Below are positions 22,679 to 31,542 of a stretch of 64,000 bases of DNA, piece by piece. The stretch lies in contig OY970166.1 in the NCBI GenBank assembly GCA_963706595.1, positions 5,056,001 to 5,120,000 of the forward strand. Reading direction: 5' to 3'. The position numbers and the translations under genes were made by a program. Position 1 is the first letter of the stretch, and the number at the start of each line of letters is the position of its first letter. Below the pieces are notes generated by a model. The model made no database searches, had not been told where the DNA came from, and saw only the letters and a program-made list of their open reading frames with translations. This DNA comes from an uncultured cyanobacterium (GTDB taxonomy: Bacteria > Cyanobacteriota > Cyanobacteriia > Cyanobacteriales > Nostocaceae).

Positions 22679-22933
22679 TTAGGTCTTTTGATTTTGTGAC
22701 TTAAATCTACCAGCAATAAAATCTCGTTCATGTAGGTGTTTAGTTTTGCGTGTAGTGACTCGCTTTCGCCACATTTTAAAACTAGATTCTTTCATTTCTC
22801 GCCGCATCAGGTTAATTACCTCTTTTTCTGATAAGCCAAATTGAATCTCAATGGCCTCAAAAGGTGTTCTATCTTCCCAGGCCATTTCGATGATGCGATC
22901 TATGGTTGCAGAATCTAGTTCGGGTAACTTCAT
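22679..22933 (-). CDS. TIGR03643/DUF2805-like protein
   Basis: IDRIIEMAWEDRTPFEAI...SFKMWRKRV. Confidence 0.85.
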   Translation of the reverse strand: MKLPELDSATIDRIIEMAWEDRTPFEAIEIQFGLSEKEVINLMRREMKESSFKMWRKRVTTRKTKHLHERDFIAGRFKSQNQKT

Positions 22934-22995
22934 ATTTTTACAGATCCAGTAAAGTATATTTTACCAGATTTTGGTCTGCAAATAGACTGTATCGG

Positions 22996-23505
22996 TCAAA
23001 GCACCTGTTTTAAAAAGGATACTAAATCGTGAGGTTCTAAGGATTTGAGAGAGTTAAATACTTCTGTTGCAGGTTGAGAAAGGCTATAGTCATGGGGAAT
23101 ATCAATGATTGTAGTTCCCAATCTTTCGGCTAATAGAGACCAAAAAGCCACTTTCGCTTCAGGTTTCATTGCGCCATACTCACCTGTGGGAATTATGGTT
23201 CCGCCTTGTGCCAGTTCTACTGCGGCTTTGGTAGGATGTGGATCAAGCATAATTTCATCTTGATCATTTTTTGTAGCTGGTAGCAAGTCACGCAAAGCAA
23301 AAAGTTGTTCTTCTGGGGAAACTTGTTGAATTTGTGCTACTAACTCTGCTGCTTTTTGTGTTGGTAAGGCATCTATCATATTAGCAGGAAGTTGATTAGC
23401 AATTTGGGTATAAAGTCGCCCCATTACTGCTAGTTTATCGTCTATATCCAACTGTTTAAATTTGGATGCGCTTTGCTGAACAGGGTTAATATTGGTAGAT
23501 GTCAT
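22996..23505 (-). CDS. Helical carotenoid protein (OCP N-terminal domain only)
   Basis: FKQLDIDDKLA...EEQLFALRDL...EYGAM...KVAFWSLLAE...IPHDYSLS. Confidence 0.85.
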   Translation of the reverse strand: MTSTNINPVQQSASKFKQLDIDDKLAVMGRLYTQIANQLPANMIDALPTQKAAELVAQIQQVSPEEQLFALRDLLPATKNDQDEIMLDPHPTKAAVELAQGGTIIPTGEYGAMKPEAKVAFWSLLAERLGTTIIDIPHDYSLSQPATEVFNSLKSLEPHDLVSFLKQVL

Positions 23506-23844
23506 AAAAGCCTCCAGTTTGATGATATTTTTTAGCTAAAAATCTTTGGAAGTAGATTTTTAGCCTTTTTTAAGGTTAGAAATTTTGGTTCTATTTCAGG
23601 CACTATAGAAAGATAGAGAATTATTGCAAAGTTTAATATTTTGAAGCCATCCACGGGATGGATGAAATACCAGTATTTTAGGTTTGGTAGATTGATTTTT
23701 TGGGCGGGTATTTGGGTGATGGGGAAGAGAATCGAACCACAGAGGCGCAGAGGACGCTGAGGAAGAGGTAAGAGGGTGTACAGGCTAAATTTTGCCATCT
23801 GCCGTTAGAATAGGTTACAGGTGTAAAATTTATCTATATTTCTA

Positions 23845-25428
23845 GTGATGTTTAGTATTGACTCTGTGGTTAATGTACTTAAGGGTTTGGCTAAACCTGC
23901 GACTGCTTTGGTTATCAATCAAGCTCAACGTAATGAATCTGTAGTCAAGGTTTTAAAGGAGTTCAAGCTTGACCCGACGCAACCACCGAAGGATGTTGAT
24001 GGTGTGTATGTCTACTCTTTAATTGAGTATGGGGTGGGTAAAGATGAAGCAATTCTGAAAATTTTTAGGGAAAAAGAGATTAAAAATGCCTTTTGGAGTG
24101 CTTATACTGCTAATAATCCGTTGGGTTTCTGCAAGCACGTAGAATATTTTCTTGAGTGGAATGTGTTGGGGGATGAAATCCGAGAATTAAAAATTGATAT
24201 TCGCTCGGAGTTAGAGGAGTTTGGGGAAAGTTTTATTCAGGTTGCTAAAAGAAGTACATCGAAAGAGTTTGAGCCTTTCCCTGAATGGAATATGGATGAG
24301 TATCCAGGGGAATTTAAATCGTTAATTAAAGAGAAAATTCGGGCTTTTTGCGGTCGCAAGTTTGTGTTTGATCAGTTTAAGCAATTCCGCGAAAAAAATC
24401 GGCATGGTTATTTTACCATTGTGGGTGATGCGGGGATGGGGAAAAGTGCCATTGCGGCTAAATATGTCTGGGATCATAAATCACCTTGCTATTTTAATGT
24501 TCTCTCCGATGGTCGTAATCGACCGGAGTTATTTCTGGAAAGTATTCGTAAGCAATTAATTAAGCGTTATCAGTTGCAGAATGCTGATAAGTTTAATTTA
24601 GCGGAATTGCTAGAAAGCGTGAGCAAAAAGATTCCAGATGGTGAACGTTTGGTAATTGTAGTTGATGCTCTCGATGAAGTACAGCAAGAATCGGGAGGTA
24701 ATCTTTTAGATTTACCAAATGTACTACCAAAAGGCGTTTATTTTTTGTTAACGAGACGACCTTATATTAGAGAGACAAAGCGCTTGTCTGTTTCTCCAGA
24801 TGTGCCAGTTGAGGAGCTAGATTTAAGGATGAGTCAGTATCAAGCTTTGAGTCGTGATGATATCAAAGAGTATATTAGCTTATGTTTGAAGCATGATCCA
24901 GAGTATAAGGTTGCACTGAGACAATGGATTGAAACACGCAATATTTTGGAAAATGATTTTGTTGAGCAGGTGGCAAACAAAAGTGATAATAATTTTATGT
25001 ATCTGCGTTATGTTTTGCCGGAAATTGCTCGCGGTTTATATAATGACTTGAGTTTGAAAGAATTACCTGATGGTCTGAAAGATTATTATCAAGTTCATTG
25101 GGTGCGGATGGGGATGGATGAAAAACCCCAGGAAGTAAAGGTATTTATTTTGTTTATTTTGGTGGAGATTGGTACACCGATACCTTGTGAAATGATTGCT
25201 GAGATTGCTAACCATGATGAATGCGAAGTGCAAAATGTTTTAGATGACTGGGTTGAGTATTTGAAAAAGCCAAGTGTAGATGATGAAATCTGCTATGGCA
25301 TTTATCATGCCAGTTTCTTGGACTTTTTGCAGGGGAGAAAAGAACTGAAATCGAATAGAAAGCTATTACAAGATGTGAATCAACGCATTGTTGAATACTG
25401 GGAACGGGAGATGGGTGAAGATGAATAA
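23845..25428 (+). CDS. STAND/NACHT-like ATPase with N-terminal helical domain, no sensor repeats
   Basis: FCGR, Walker A GDAGMGKS, Walker B IVVDALDE, LLTRR, NFMYL, LPDGL..YY, YHASFLDFL. Confidence 0.85.
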   Translation: MMFSIDSVVNVLKGLAKPATALVINQAQRNESVVKVLKEFKLDPTQPPKDVDGVYVYSLIEYGVGKDEAILKIFREKEIKNAFWSAYTANNPLGFCKHVEYFLEWNVLGDEIRELKIDIRSELEEFGESFIQVAKRSTSKEFEPFPEWNMDEYPGEFKSLIKEKIRAFCGRKFVFDQFKQFREKNRHGYFTIVGDAGMGKSAIAAKYVWDHKSPCYFNVLSDGRNRPELFLESIRKQLIKRYQLQNADKFNLAELLESVSKKIPDGERLVIVVDALDEVQQESGGNLLDLPNVLPKGVYFLLTRRPYIRETKRLSVSPDVPVEELDLRMSQYQALSRDDIKEYISLCLKHDPEYKVALRQWIETRNILENDFVEQVANKSDNNFMYLRYVLPEIARGLYNDLSLKELPDGLKDYYQVHWVRMGMDEKPQEVKVFILFILVEIGTPIPCEMIAEIANHDECEVQNVLDDWVEYLKKPSVDDEICYGIYHASFLDFLQGRKELKSNRKLLQDVNQRIVEYWEREMGEDE

Positions 25429-27517
25429 GATTGCTAAAAAAACCAGAGCAACAACATCCTACTCCCAAAAAGCTCGACTGGGCAGGTATCCTTATAATCT
25501 CATAGAGTCGGGAAACTTAGCAAAGTATTATCAACTGCTGACTAATTTTAACTTTATCCAAGACAAAATTAATTATCCTGACTTTGGGATACAGGCATTA
25601 ATTGAAGATTATGATTTGATTGATAAATTGGCAGAGTCAGAACATCCAGAATATAACTCGGAAAAAGTCAAAACCCTGAAGTTAATTCAAGGAACCTTGC
25701 GACTATCAGCCCATATTGTAGCAGTGGATAAAACACAGTTAGTTAGTCAGTTGCATGGACGGTTATTAGATAAGAAAATACCGGAAATTAAAGCCCTATT
25801 AACACAAGCCCAGCAGCAAACCACTACACCTTGGTTGTGTCCCCTAAATGTTAGTTTAACCCCAGCCGGGGGTAACTTACTCCGCACCCTCTCTGGTCAT
25901 AGTGACACGGTAAATGCAGTAGCTGTCACCCCGGATGGTCAACAGGTGATTTCCGCTTCCTATGACCAGACGCTGAAGGTGTGGAATCTCCAGACGGGAA
26001 CGGAAATATTCACCCTCTCTGGTCATAGTGACACGGTATACGCAGTAGCTGTCACCCCGGATGGTCAACAGGTGATTTCCGCTTCCTCAGACAAGACGCT
26101 GAAGGTGTGGAATCTCCAGACGGGAACGGAAATATTCACCCTCTCTGGTCATAGTGACACGGTAAATGCAGTAGCTGTCACCCCGGATGGTCAACAGGTG
26201 ATTTCCGCTTCCTATGACCAGACGCTGAAGGTGTGGAATCTCCAGACGGGAACGGAAATATTCACCCTCTCTGGTCATAGTGACACGGTATACGCAGTAG
26301 CTGTCACCCCGGATGGTCAACAGGTGATTTCCGCTTCCTCAGACAAGACGCTGAAGGTGTGGAATCTCCAGACGGGAACGGAAATATTCACCCTCTCTGG
26401 TCATCGTGGCTGGGTAAATGCAGTAGCTGTCACCCCGGATGGTCAACAGGTGATTTCCGCTTCCTATGACCAGACGCTGAAGGTGTGGAATCTCCAGACG
26501 GGAACGGAAATATTCACCCTCTCTGGTCATAGTGACACGGTAAATGCAGTAGCTGTCACCCCGGATGGTCAACAGGTGATTTCCGCTTCCTCAGACAAGA
26601 CGCTGAAGGTGTGGAATCTCCAGACGGGAACGGAAATATTCACCCTCTCTGGTCATAGTAACTCGGTAAATGCAGTAGCTGTCACCCCGGATGGTCAACA
26701 GGTGATTTCCGCTTCCTCAGACAAGACGCTGAAGGTGTGGAATCTCCAGACGGGAACGGAAATATTCACCCTCTCTGGTCATAGTGACACGGTAAATGCA
26801 GTAGCTGTCACCCCGGATGGTCAACAGGTGATTTCCGCTTCGGATGACCAGACGCTGAAGGTGTGGAATCTCCAGACGGGAAAGGAAATATTCACCCTCT
26901 CTGGTCATCGTGGCTGGGTAAATGCAGTAGCTGTCACCCCGGATGGTCAACAGGTGATTTCTGCTTCCCATGACAAGACGCTGAAGGTGTGGAATTTCCA
27001 GACGGGAAAGGAAATATTCACCCTCTCTGGTCATAGTAACTCGGTAAATGCAGTAGCTGTCACCCCGGATGGTCAACAGGTGATTTCTGCTTCCCATGAC
27101 AAGACGCTGAAGGTGTGGAATTTCCAGACGGGAAAGGAAATATTCACCCTCTCTGGTCATAGTGACTGGGTATACGCAGTAGCTGTCACCCCGGATGGTC
27201 AACGGGTGATTTCTGCTTCCTATGACCAGACGCTGAAGGTGTGGAATCTCCAGACGGGAAAGGAAATATTCACCCTCTCTGGTCATCGTGGCTGGGTAAA
27301 AGCAGTAGCTGTCACCCCGGATGGTCAACAGGTGATTTCTGCTTCCCATGACCAGACGCTGAAGGTGTGGAATCTCCAGACGGGGGAGATGATTACTACT
27401 TTTACTGGAGAATCTCGCATGTACTCCTGTGCCGTTGCACCAGACGGCGTGACAATTGTAGCGGGGGATAGTTCAGGTATGGTGCATTTTTTAAGGTTAC
27501 AGGGTGGTACAGGGTGA
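25421..27517 (+). CDS. WD40 protein with APAF-1-like helical N-terminus and 12 near-identical repeats
   Basis: LLTNFNFIQDK...LIEDY...LRLSAH...QLHGRL...PWL, then 12 TLSGH...LKVWN units; ATG overlaps the ATPase stop. Confidence 0.92.
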   Translation: MNKIAKKTRATTSYSQKARLGRYPYNLIESGNLAKYYQLLTNFNFIQDKINYPDFGIQALIEDYDLIDKLAESEHPEYNSEKVKTLKLIQGTLRLSAHIVAVDKTQLVSQLHGRLLDKKIPEIKALLTQAQQQTTTPWLCPLNVSLTPAGGNLLRTLSGHSDTVNAVAVTPDGQQVISASYDQTLKVWNLQTGTEIFTLSGHSDTVYAVAVTPDGQQVISASSDKTLKVWNLQTGTEIFTLSGHSDTVNAVAVTPDGQQVISASYDQTLKVWNLQTGTEIFTLSGHSDTVYAVAVTPDGQQVISASSDKTLKVWNLQTGTEIFTLSGHRGWVNAVAVTPDGQQVISASYDQTLKVWNLQTGTEIFTLSGHSDTVNAVAVTPDGQQVISASSDKTLKVWNLQTGTEIFTLSGHSNSVNAVAVTPDGQQVISASSDKTLKVWNLQTGTEIFTLSGHSDTVNAVAVTPDGQQVISASDDQTLKVWNLQTGKEIFTLSGHRGWVNAVAVTPDGQQVISASHDKTLKVWNFQTGKEIFTLSGHSNSVNAVAVTPDGQQVISASHDKTLKVWNFQTGKEIFTLSGHSDWVYAVAVTPDGQRVISASYDQTLKVWNLQTGKEIFTLSGHRGWVKAVAVTPDGQQVISASHDQTLKVWNLQTGEMITTFTGESRMYSCAVAPDGVTIVAGDSSGMVHFLRLQGGTG
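25886..27397 (+). repeat. 12 x 126-bp intragenic tandem repeat
   Basis: ACCCTCTCTGGTCAT recurs at 25886, 26012 ... 27272 with an exact 126-bp period. Confidence 0.97.
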
Positions 27518-27587
27518 AGTCAAAAGTCAAAAAGTCTATAAAATCAACTTTTTATTGATTTTAAATGGTTGTGTTATCTCTAAAATT

Positions 27588-28883
27588 ATGAACTCACCAG
27601 CGAAACCACCTACTTCTAATCATCCCAGAGGAAAGCCAAAAGAGTTTGAGCAAATCATTCACGAAAAAAGCCACAATTTTGTCGGTCGTGATTTTGTGTT
27701 TACGGCTATTGATGAATTTATTCACCGTTACAACCGGGGTTATTTCACCATTATTGGCGCACCGGGTAGCGGTAAAAGTGCCATCCTCGCTAAGTATGCA
27801 CTAGATCATCCTCACGTTGTCTATTACAATGCTGAAGTTGAGGGGAAAAATTCTGTTGATGAATTTCTCAGGGTTGTTTGTCAGCAATTAAGCCACTGGT
27901 TGGATAATTTAAGAACCCCACCCCAGCCCTCCCCGCAAGCGAGGAGGGAGCAAGAAAATGAGTTTTTGAGCTTGTCTGGTGTTCTCCAGGAAATTAGTGA
28001 TCAGTTGGACGCTAATCAAAAACTGATTATTGCTATTGATGGGTTGAATTGTGTTGACCGTAATAGTCAACCCCCTGGGACAAATCTGTTTTATCTCCCC
28101 CGCTATCTCCCGGATGGGGTCTATTTTCTGCTGTCTCGTCGTCCTTTTTTACGGGAAAGGTCGGGTTTATTAATTGAAGCGCCTTCACAATGTCTGGATT
28201 TGGCAGATTATCCAGAGGAGAATGGGCGGGATGTTCAAGCTTATATTCAAGGGAACCTAACCCCCCTAACCCCCCTTCCCTACGAGGGAAGGGGGGGACA
28301 AGATGATGTGTATGATCCGTGTGGTGTCTTTCCTGACGAGGGAAGGGGGGGACAAGATGATGAGTATGATCCGCGTCGTGTCTTTCCTGACGAGGGAATG
28401 GGGAGACAAGAAAATTACTCCCCTCTCCTTGCAGGGGAGGGGTCAAATCTGAAATCTTGGCTGAGTAATCACCATATCACTGAGGGGGAATTTTGCGATC
28501 GCCTCACCATTTCCAGCGAAAATAATTTTATGTATCTAACTCAAATTATCGGTGCAATGACTGATAATCTTTACTCAGAACCCTTTGAATACAATCAACT
28601 CCCCCCAGCTTTAGCAGCATATTATCAGCAACATTTACGAAATATGCTCCCACCTGCACAACAGCAGGAATTAAGCCACGCCATTCTGAATATATTAGCC
28701 ACACAACAGCAACCAATATCCGCAGAGGCGATCGCTGATATCCTCGATATCGATGAATTTGCAGTTGAGGAAATACTAGAAAATTGGCTGGAGTTCTTAC
28801 AACGGCGAAAAACCGGAGATGAATACCAATACCAACTTTACCATTCCAGCTTTCGTGACTGGATTATTCAAATATGGAGCTAA
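27588..28883 (+). CDS. Second STAND-like ATPase, no N-terminal domain, degenerate Walker B
   Basis: FVGR, GAPGSGKS, IAIDGLNC (vs IVVDALDE), NFMYL, YHSSFRDW; collinear with 23845-25428; start taken at MNSPAK. Confidence 0.8.
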   Translation: MNSPAKPPTSNHPRGKPKEFEQIIHEKSHNFVGRDFVFTAIDEFIHRYNRGYFTIIGAPGSGKSAILAKYALDHPHVVYYNAEVEGKNSVDEFLRVVCQQLSHWLDNLRTPPQPSPQARREQENEFLSLSGVLQEISDQLDANQKLIIAIDGLNCVDRNSQPPGTNLFYLPRYLPDGVYFLLSRRPFLRERSGLLIEAPSQCLDLADYPEENGRDVQAYIQGNLTPLTPLPYEGRGGQDDVYDPCGVFPDEGRGGQDDEYDPRRVFPDEGMGRQENYSPLLAGEGSNLKSWLSNHHITEGEFCDRLTISSENNFMYLTQIIGAMTDNLYSEPFEYNQLPPALAAYYQQHLRNMLPPAQQQELSHAILNILATQQQPISAEAIADILDIDEFAVEEILENWLEFLQRRKTGDEYQYQLYHSSFRDWIIQIWS

Positions 28884-28947
28884 GCGGATTCGAACCGCTG
28901 ACCTTCTCAATGCCATTGAGACGCGCTACCAACTGTGCTATAGCCCC
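28875..28947 (-). tRNA. tRNA-Ala(GGC)
   Basis: Reverse complement GGGGCTATAGCACAGTTGGTAGCGCGTCTCAATGGCATTGAGAAGGTCAGCGGTTCGAATCCGCTTAGCTCCA: cloverleaf, G3:U70, anticodon GGC. Confidence 0.97.
28904..28947. repeat. Left att core (44-bp direct repeat)
   Basis: TTCTCAATGCCATTGAGACGCGCTACCAACTGTGCTATAGCCCC, identical to 49171-49214. Confidence 0.97.
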
Positions 28948-29460
28948 ATGTGATGCCCTATAAAGCTCTCTCTATATAGCTTTCAGACTAATAGAGGACT
29001 TTCTCTAAAGTTATCCTGTAATTGATTATATGGCAGTTTATGTCAATTTGAAACAAGACTATTGTTAAGTTATGTAAAGAATGTTATTACTCATGGTTTT
29101 ATTTATAGCCTTATTCTATTGGGGTAAACTTGACATCCTAAAATCTCAAGCTTAAGATTGATGCAGGTTATAGTCCATCAAGTCAAGTTGAAAACGAAAG
29201 GTTAGTAAACTCTGGCTTACCCTACACCTGTGATGAAAACAAGTTTAGTAATCACAAGTGAATTGAATACCCAACCTACCTGGAGAGAAGTATACAGGTC
29301 AACTCTCCTATGGCTTTGTGCTGACTTTTGGGTGTTTTAGGGACTTATAATTTTCTTAATTATATTCAAATAAATCTTCTCACAATTGGTTAAGTGTATT
29401 TACTGATTGCATGGGGGTATCTGCCTGCTAGAGTTGCAAATAAACCAGGGTTAAAAACTT

Positions 29461-29793
29461 ATGCAAGTAGAAAAATCATATCCTCCTGTATGCAACGACT
29501 ATAAAGATATTGATCTTGAGGTAAAAACAGAATCAGCGACTTCAACTATCCAGTGTGCTTGGCTTCGTATTTATGGTGAAGAGTATGGTGAATACTACTA
29601 CTCCTGTGATGCCCATGCTGTAATTTACTACAGTGAGATAAATCGTATAAGACTTAATAATAAAGAAGTTAGCCCTGAAAATTATACAAGTTTTATTGAT
29701 GAAGACAAAGTAGCTTGGAAAATAATTACCCGTCAGGAATATAATAATATTCCATATCCACCTGGTTTGCAGTTTGCTTTAAAAAAACAATAA
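29461..29793 (+). CDS. Hypothetical protein (moron position)
   Basis: 110-aa ATG ORF convergent with the terminase; no recognised motif. Confidence 0.6.
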   Translation: MQVEKSYPPVCNDYKDIDLEVKTESATSTIQCAWLRIYGEEYGEYYYSCDAHAVIYYSEINRIRLNNKEVSPENYTSFIDEDKVAWKIITRQEYNNIPYPPGLQFALKKQ

Positions 29794-29889
29794 TACTTAT
29801 ACCAATTTAATGTGAAGTTGCATATAACTTAGAGGCTGAAACCCTTGTTAATTAAACAATCTTTATATGCAGCTTCATGAAAAATTACT

Positions 29890-31542
29890 CTAACCAGCCC
29901 TCAGATTTAATAACTCATTTACCACCTGCTCTTCAAACAGGTCATCACCATACAGACTAGTATTCCTCCTTCTCTTCCAAGCATAAGCAGCTAGAGCTAG
30001 TGCCATCACGCAGTCAGTAGCCAACCCTTTATCATCCAGTTTATAGAACCTCAGCTCAGTCTTAAGCTGTTTCAATCTATCCTGCTCATCATAAGGAATT
30101 ACCAGCTTTGCTTTCTCAACCACACCAGCAAGATTACTCAGCATTAAAGTTTTGTGATTGTGCTTTTGATTCTTACCTGGTTTCTTTGTGCTGTTGATAG
30201 GGATACATAACTCAGCATCAGCAGCAGGTAGCTCCTTCTCTATTGACTCCTTCAGGTACTGTCCTGAGAGCGCTGTGGCATCATAATATAAGTCACCAGG
30301 GAATTGGGCTAACCTACGTTTAATCCTTTCTATGACTCCATTCTGGTCAAACAGAGGTGTCTTGCTAATTCTTTCAAAAGCAACAATACGCAGCTCTCTG
30401 TCAATATACTGTAGTGTGATCAAAACTGTGCTGTCACCATTAGTAGAACCTGCCACATCCACACCTGTAAAGAACTGTGATGTTGGTCCACCTTTAGGCA
30501 GGTATGGATATTCCAAACTAGCACCATGCTCAGGCAAGCAGTGACCTGTAACTGGATCATCTTCTGGAAAGAAGCAAGTATGCCTTTCACCATTCTCAAC
30601 AGCTTTGTCTAAATAATTACCAGCAAAGAAAGTAGAACCATAGTTAGCAAACTTGCCATAGACTTCTTCTCTGACTTGAGCTTGAGTCATGTTAACCATG
30701 TTAGCTCTAATGGTTTCTTCAGGGTTACATGGGTTATCAAACTGACTAAACTCAGCAATAACTACTGAGGTATCTTTTTTCAGCCTGCGTTCTTTAAACT
30801 CTGCCCACATCTTTCTGAAGTAAATAGCCCCGCAACCAGCACTATCACCTTCCCCTTGTGGAGTTGATATAAAATACTTACGTCCACTAACTTCAGTACC
30901 TCTGACATTAAGTATCTTCATTCTTAAATGTTCCAAAGCATACTCACTGGCAGCCTCATCTAAGGTGCTTATATCCAAATAGAAACCCAGAATAAATCTA
31001 CCTCTTTGAACAGTAGCTTGAAACCAAATAATACTGTTAAAGCAAGTTTCTATAAAAGGTTGCTGTCCATCAGAGATATGCTTAATGAACCCTATGCTAG
31101 TCAGGAAGGGGCTATCATTAACTAGGTTGAGTATTTCATCCTTCACTAACTTTGCTTGCTTTAGAGAAGGCGCACAGTTAATTGACTGAAACCTTTTAGT
31201 GTGATCACCATAGAAAGGAGAGCTAGTAGGTCTTTTCCTATAGAATAAAAACCATAAGTGCATGAGTGCAGTAACAAAAGTTTTACCACTTCTACTGCCT
31301 GCTTTTAGCACTCCTTCTTGTGCATTCACAGCTTGCTTAAGCCATTGTCTCTGCTTAGGATGACCTTTTACTATTGCACCTGTTTCAGGATGTACACGTT
31401 CAATTTCACTGAGGTAATGGTTAACCTTTTCACCTAGAAAATACTTTACAAATAAGTTGGGATCATTAGCACCAGCAATATACTGATATCTTAATGTATC
31501 TGATTTAAGAATACCTTCTAAATCACTTGGTATAGTTAACAT
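29890..31542 (-). CDS. terL: Terminase large subunit
   Basis: HPKQ adenine motif, Walker A AGSRSGKT, Walker B TLDEAA, ISTPQG, FDNP, nuclease GVDVAG...DST and DCVMALALA. Confidence 0.92.
   Translation of the reverse strand: MLTIPSDLEGILKSDTLRYQYIAGANDPNLFVKYFLGEKVNHYLSEIERVHPETGAIVKGHPKQRQWLKQAVNAQEGVLKAGSRSGKTFVTALMHLWFLFYRKRPTSSPFYGDHTKRFQSINCAPSLKQAKLVKDEILNLVNDSPFLTSIGFIKHISDGQQPFIETCFNSIIWFQATVQRGRFILGFYLDISTLDEAASEYALEHLRMKILNVRGTEVSGRKYFISTPQGEGDSAGCGAIYFRKMWAEFKERRLKKDTSVVIAEFSQFDNPCNPEETIRANMVNMTQAQVREEVYGKFANYGSTFFAGNYLDKAVENGERHTCFFPEDDPVTGHCLPEHGASLEYPYLPKGGPTSQFFTGVDVAGSTNGDSTVLITLQYIDRELRIVAFERISKTPLFDQNGVIERIKRRLAQFPGDLYYDATALSGQYLKESIEKELPAADAELCIPINSTKKPGKNQKHNHKTLMLSNLAGVVEKAKLVIPYDEQDRLKQLKTELRFYKLDDKGLATDCVMALALAAYAWKRRRNTSLYGDDLFEEQVVNELLNLRAG

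Noticed and set aside
25877..27349. Repetitive minus-strand ORFs (MTIRGDSYC...)
   Set aside because: Antisense shadows of the WD40 repeat
25886..27397. Diversity-generating retroelement acting on the WD40 repeats
   Set aside because: No reverse transcriptase in the window, and the differences are not confined to adenines; recombination between units explains the pattern
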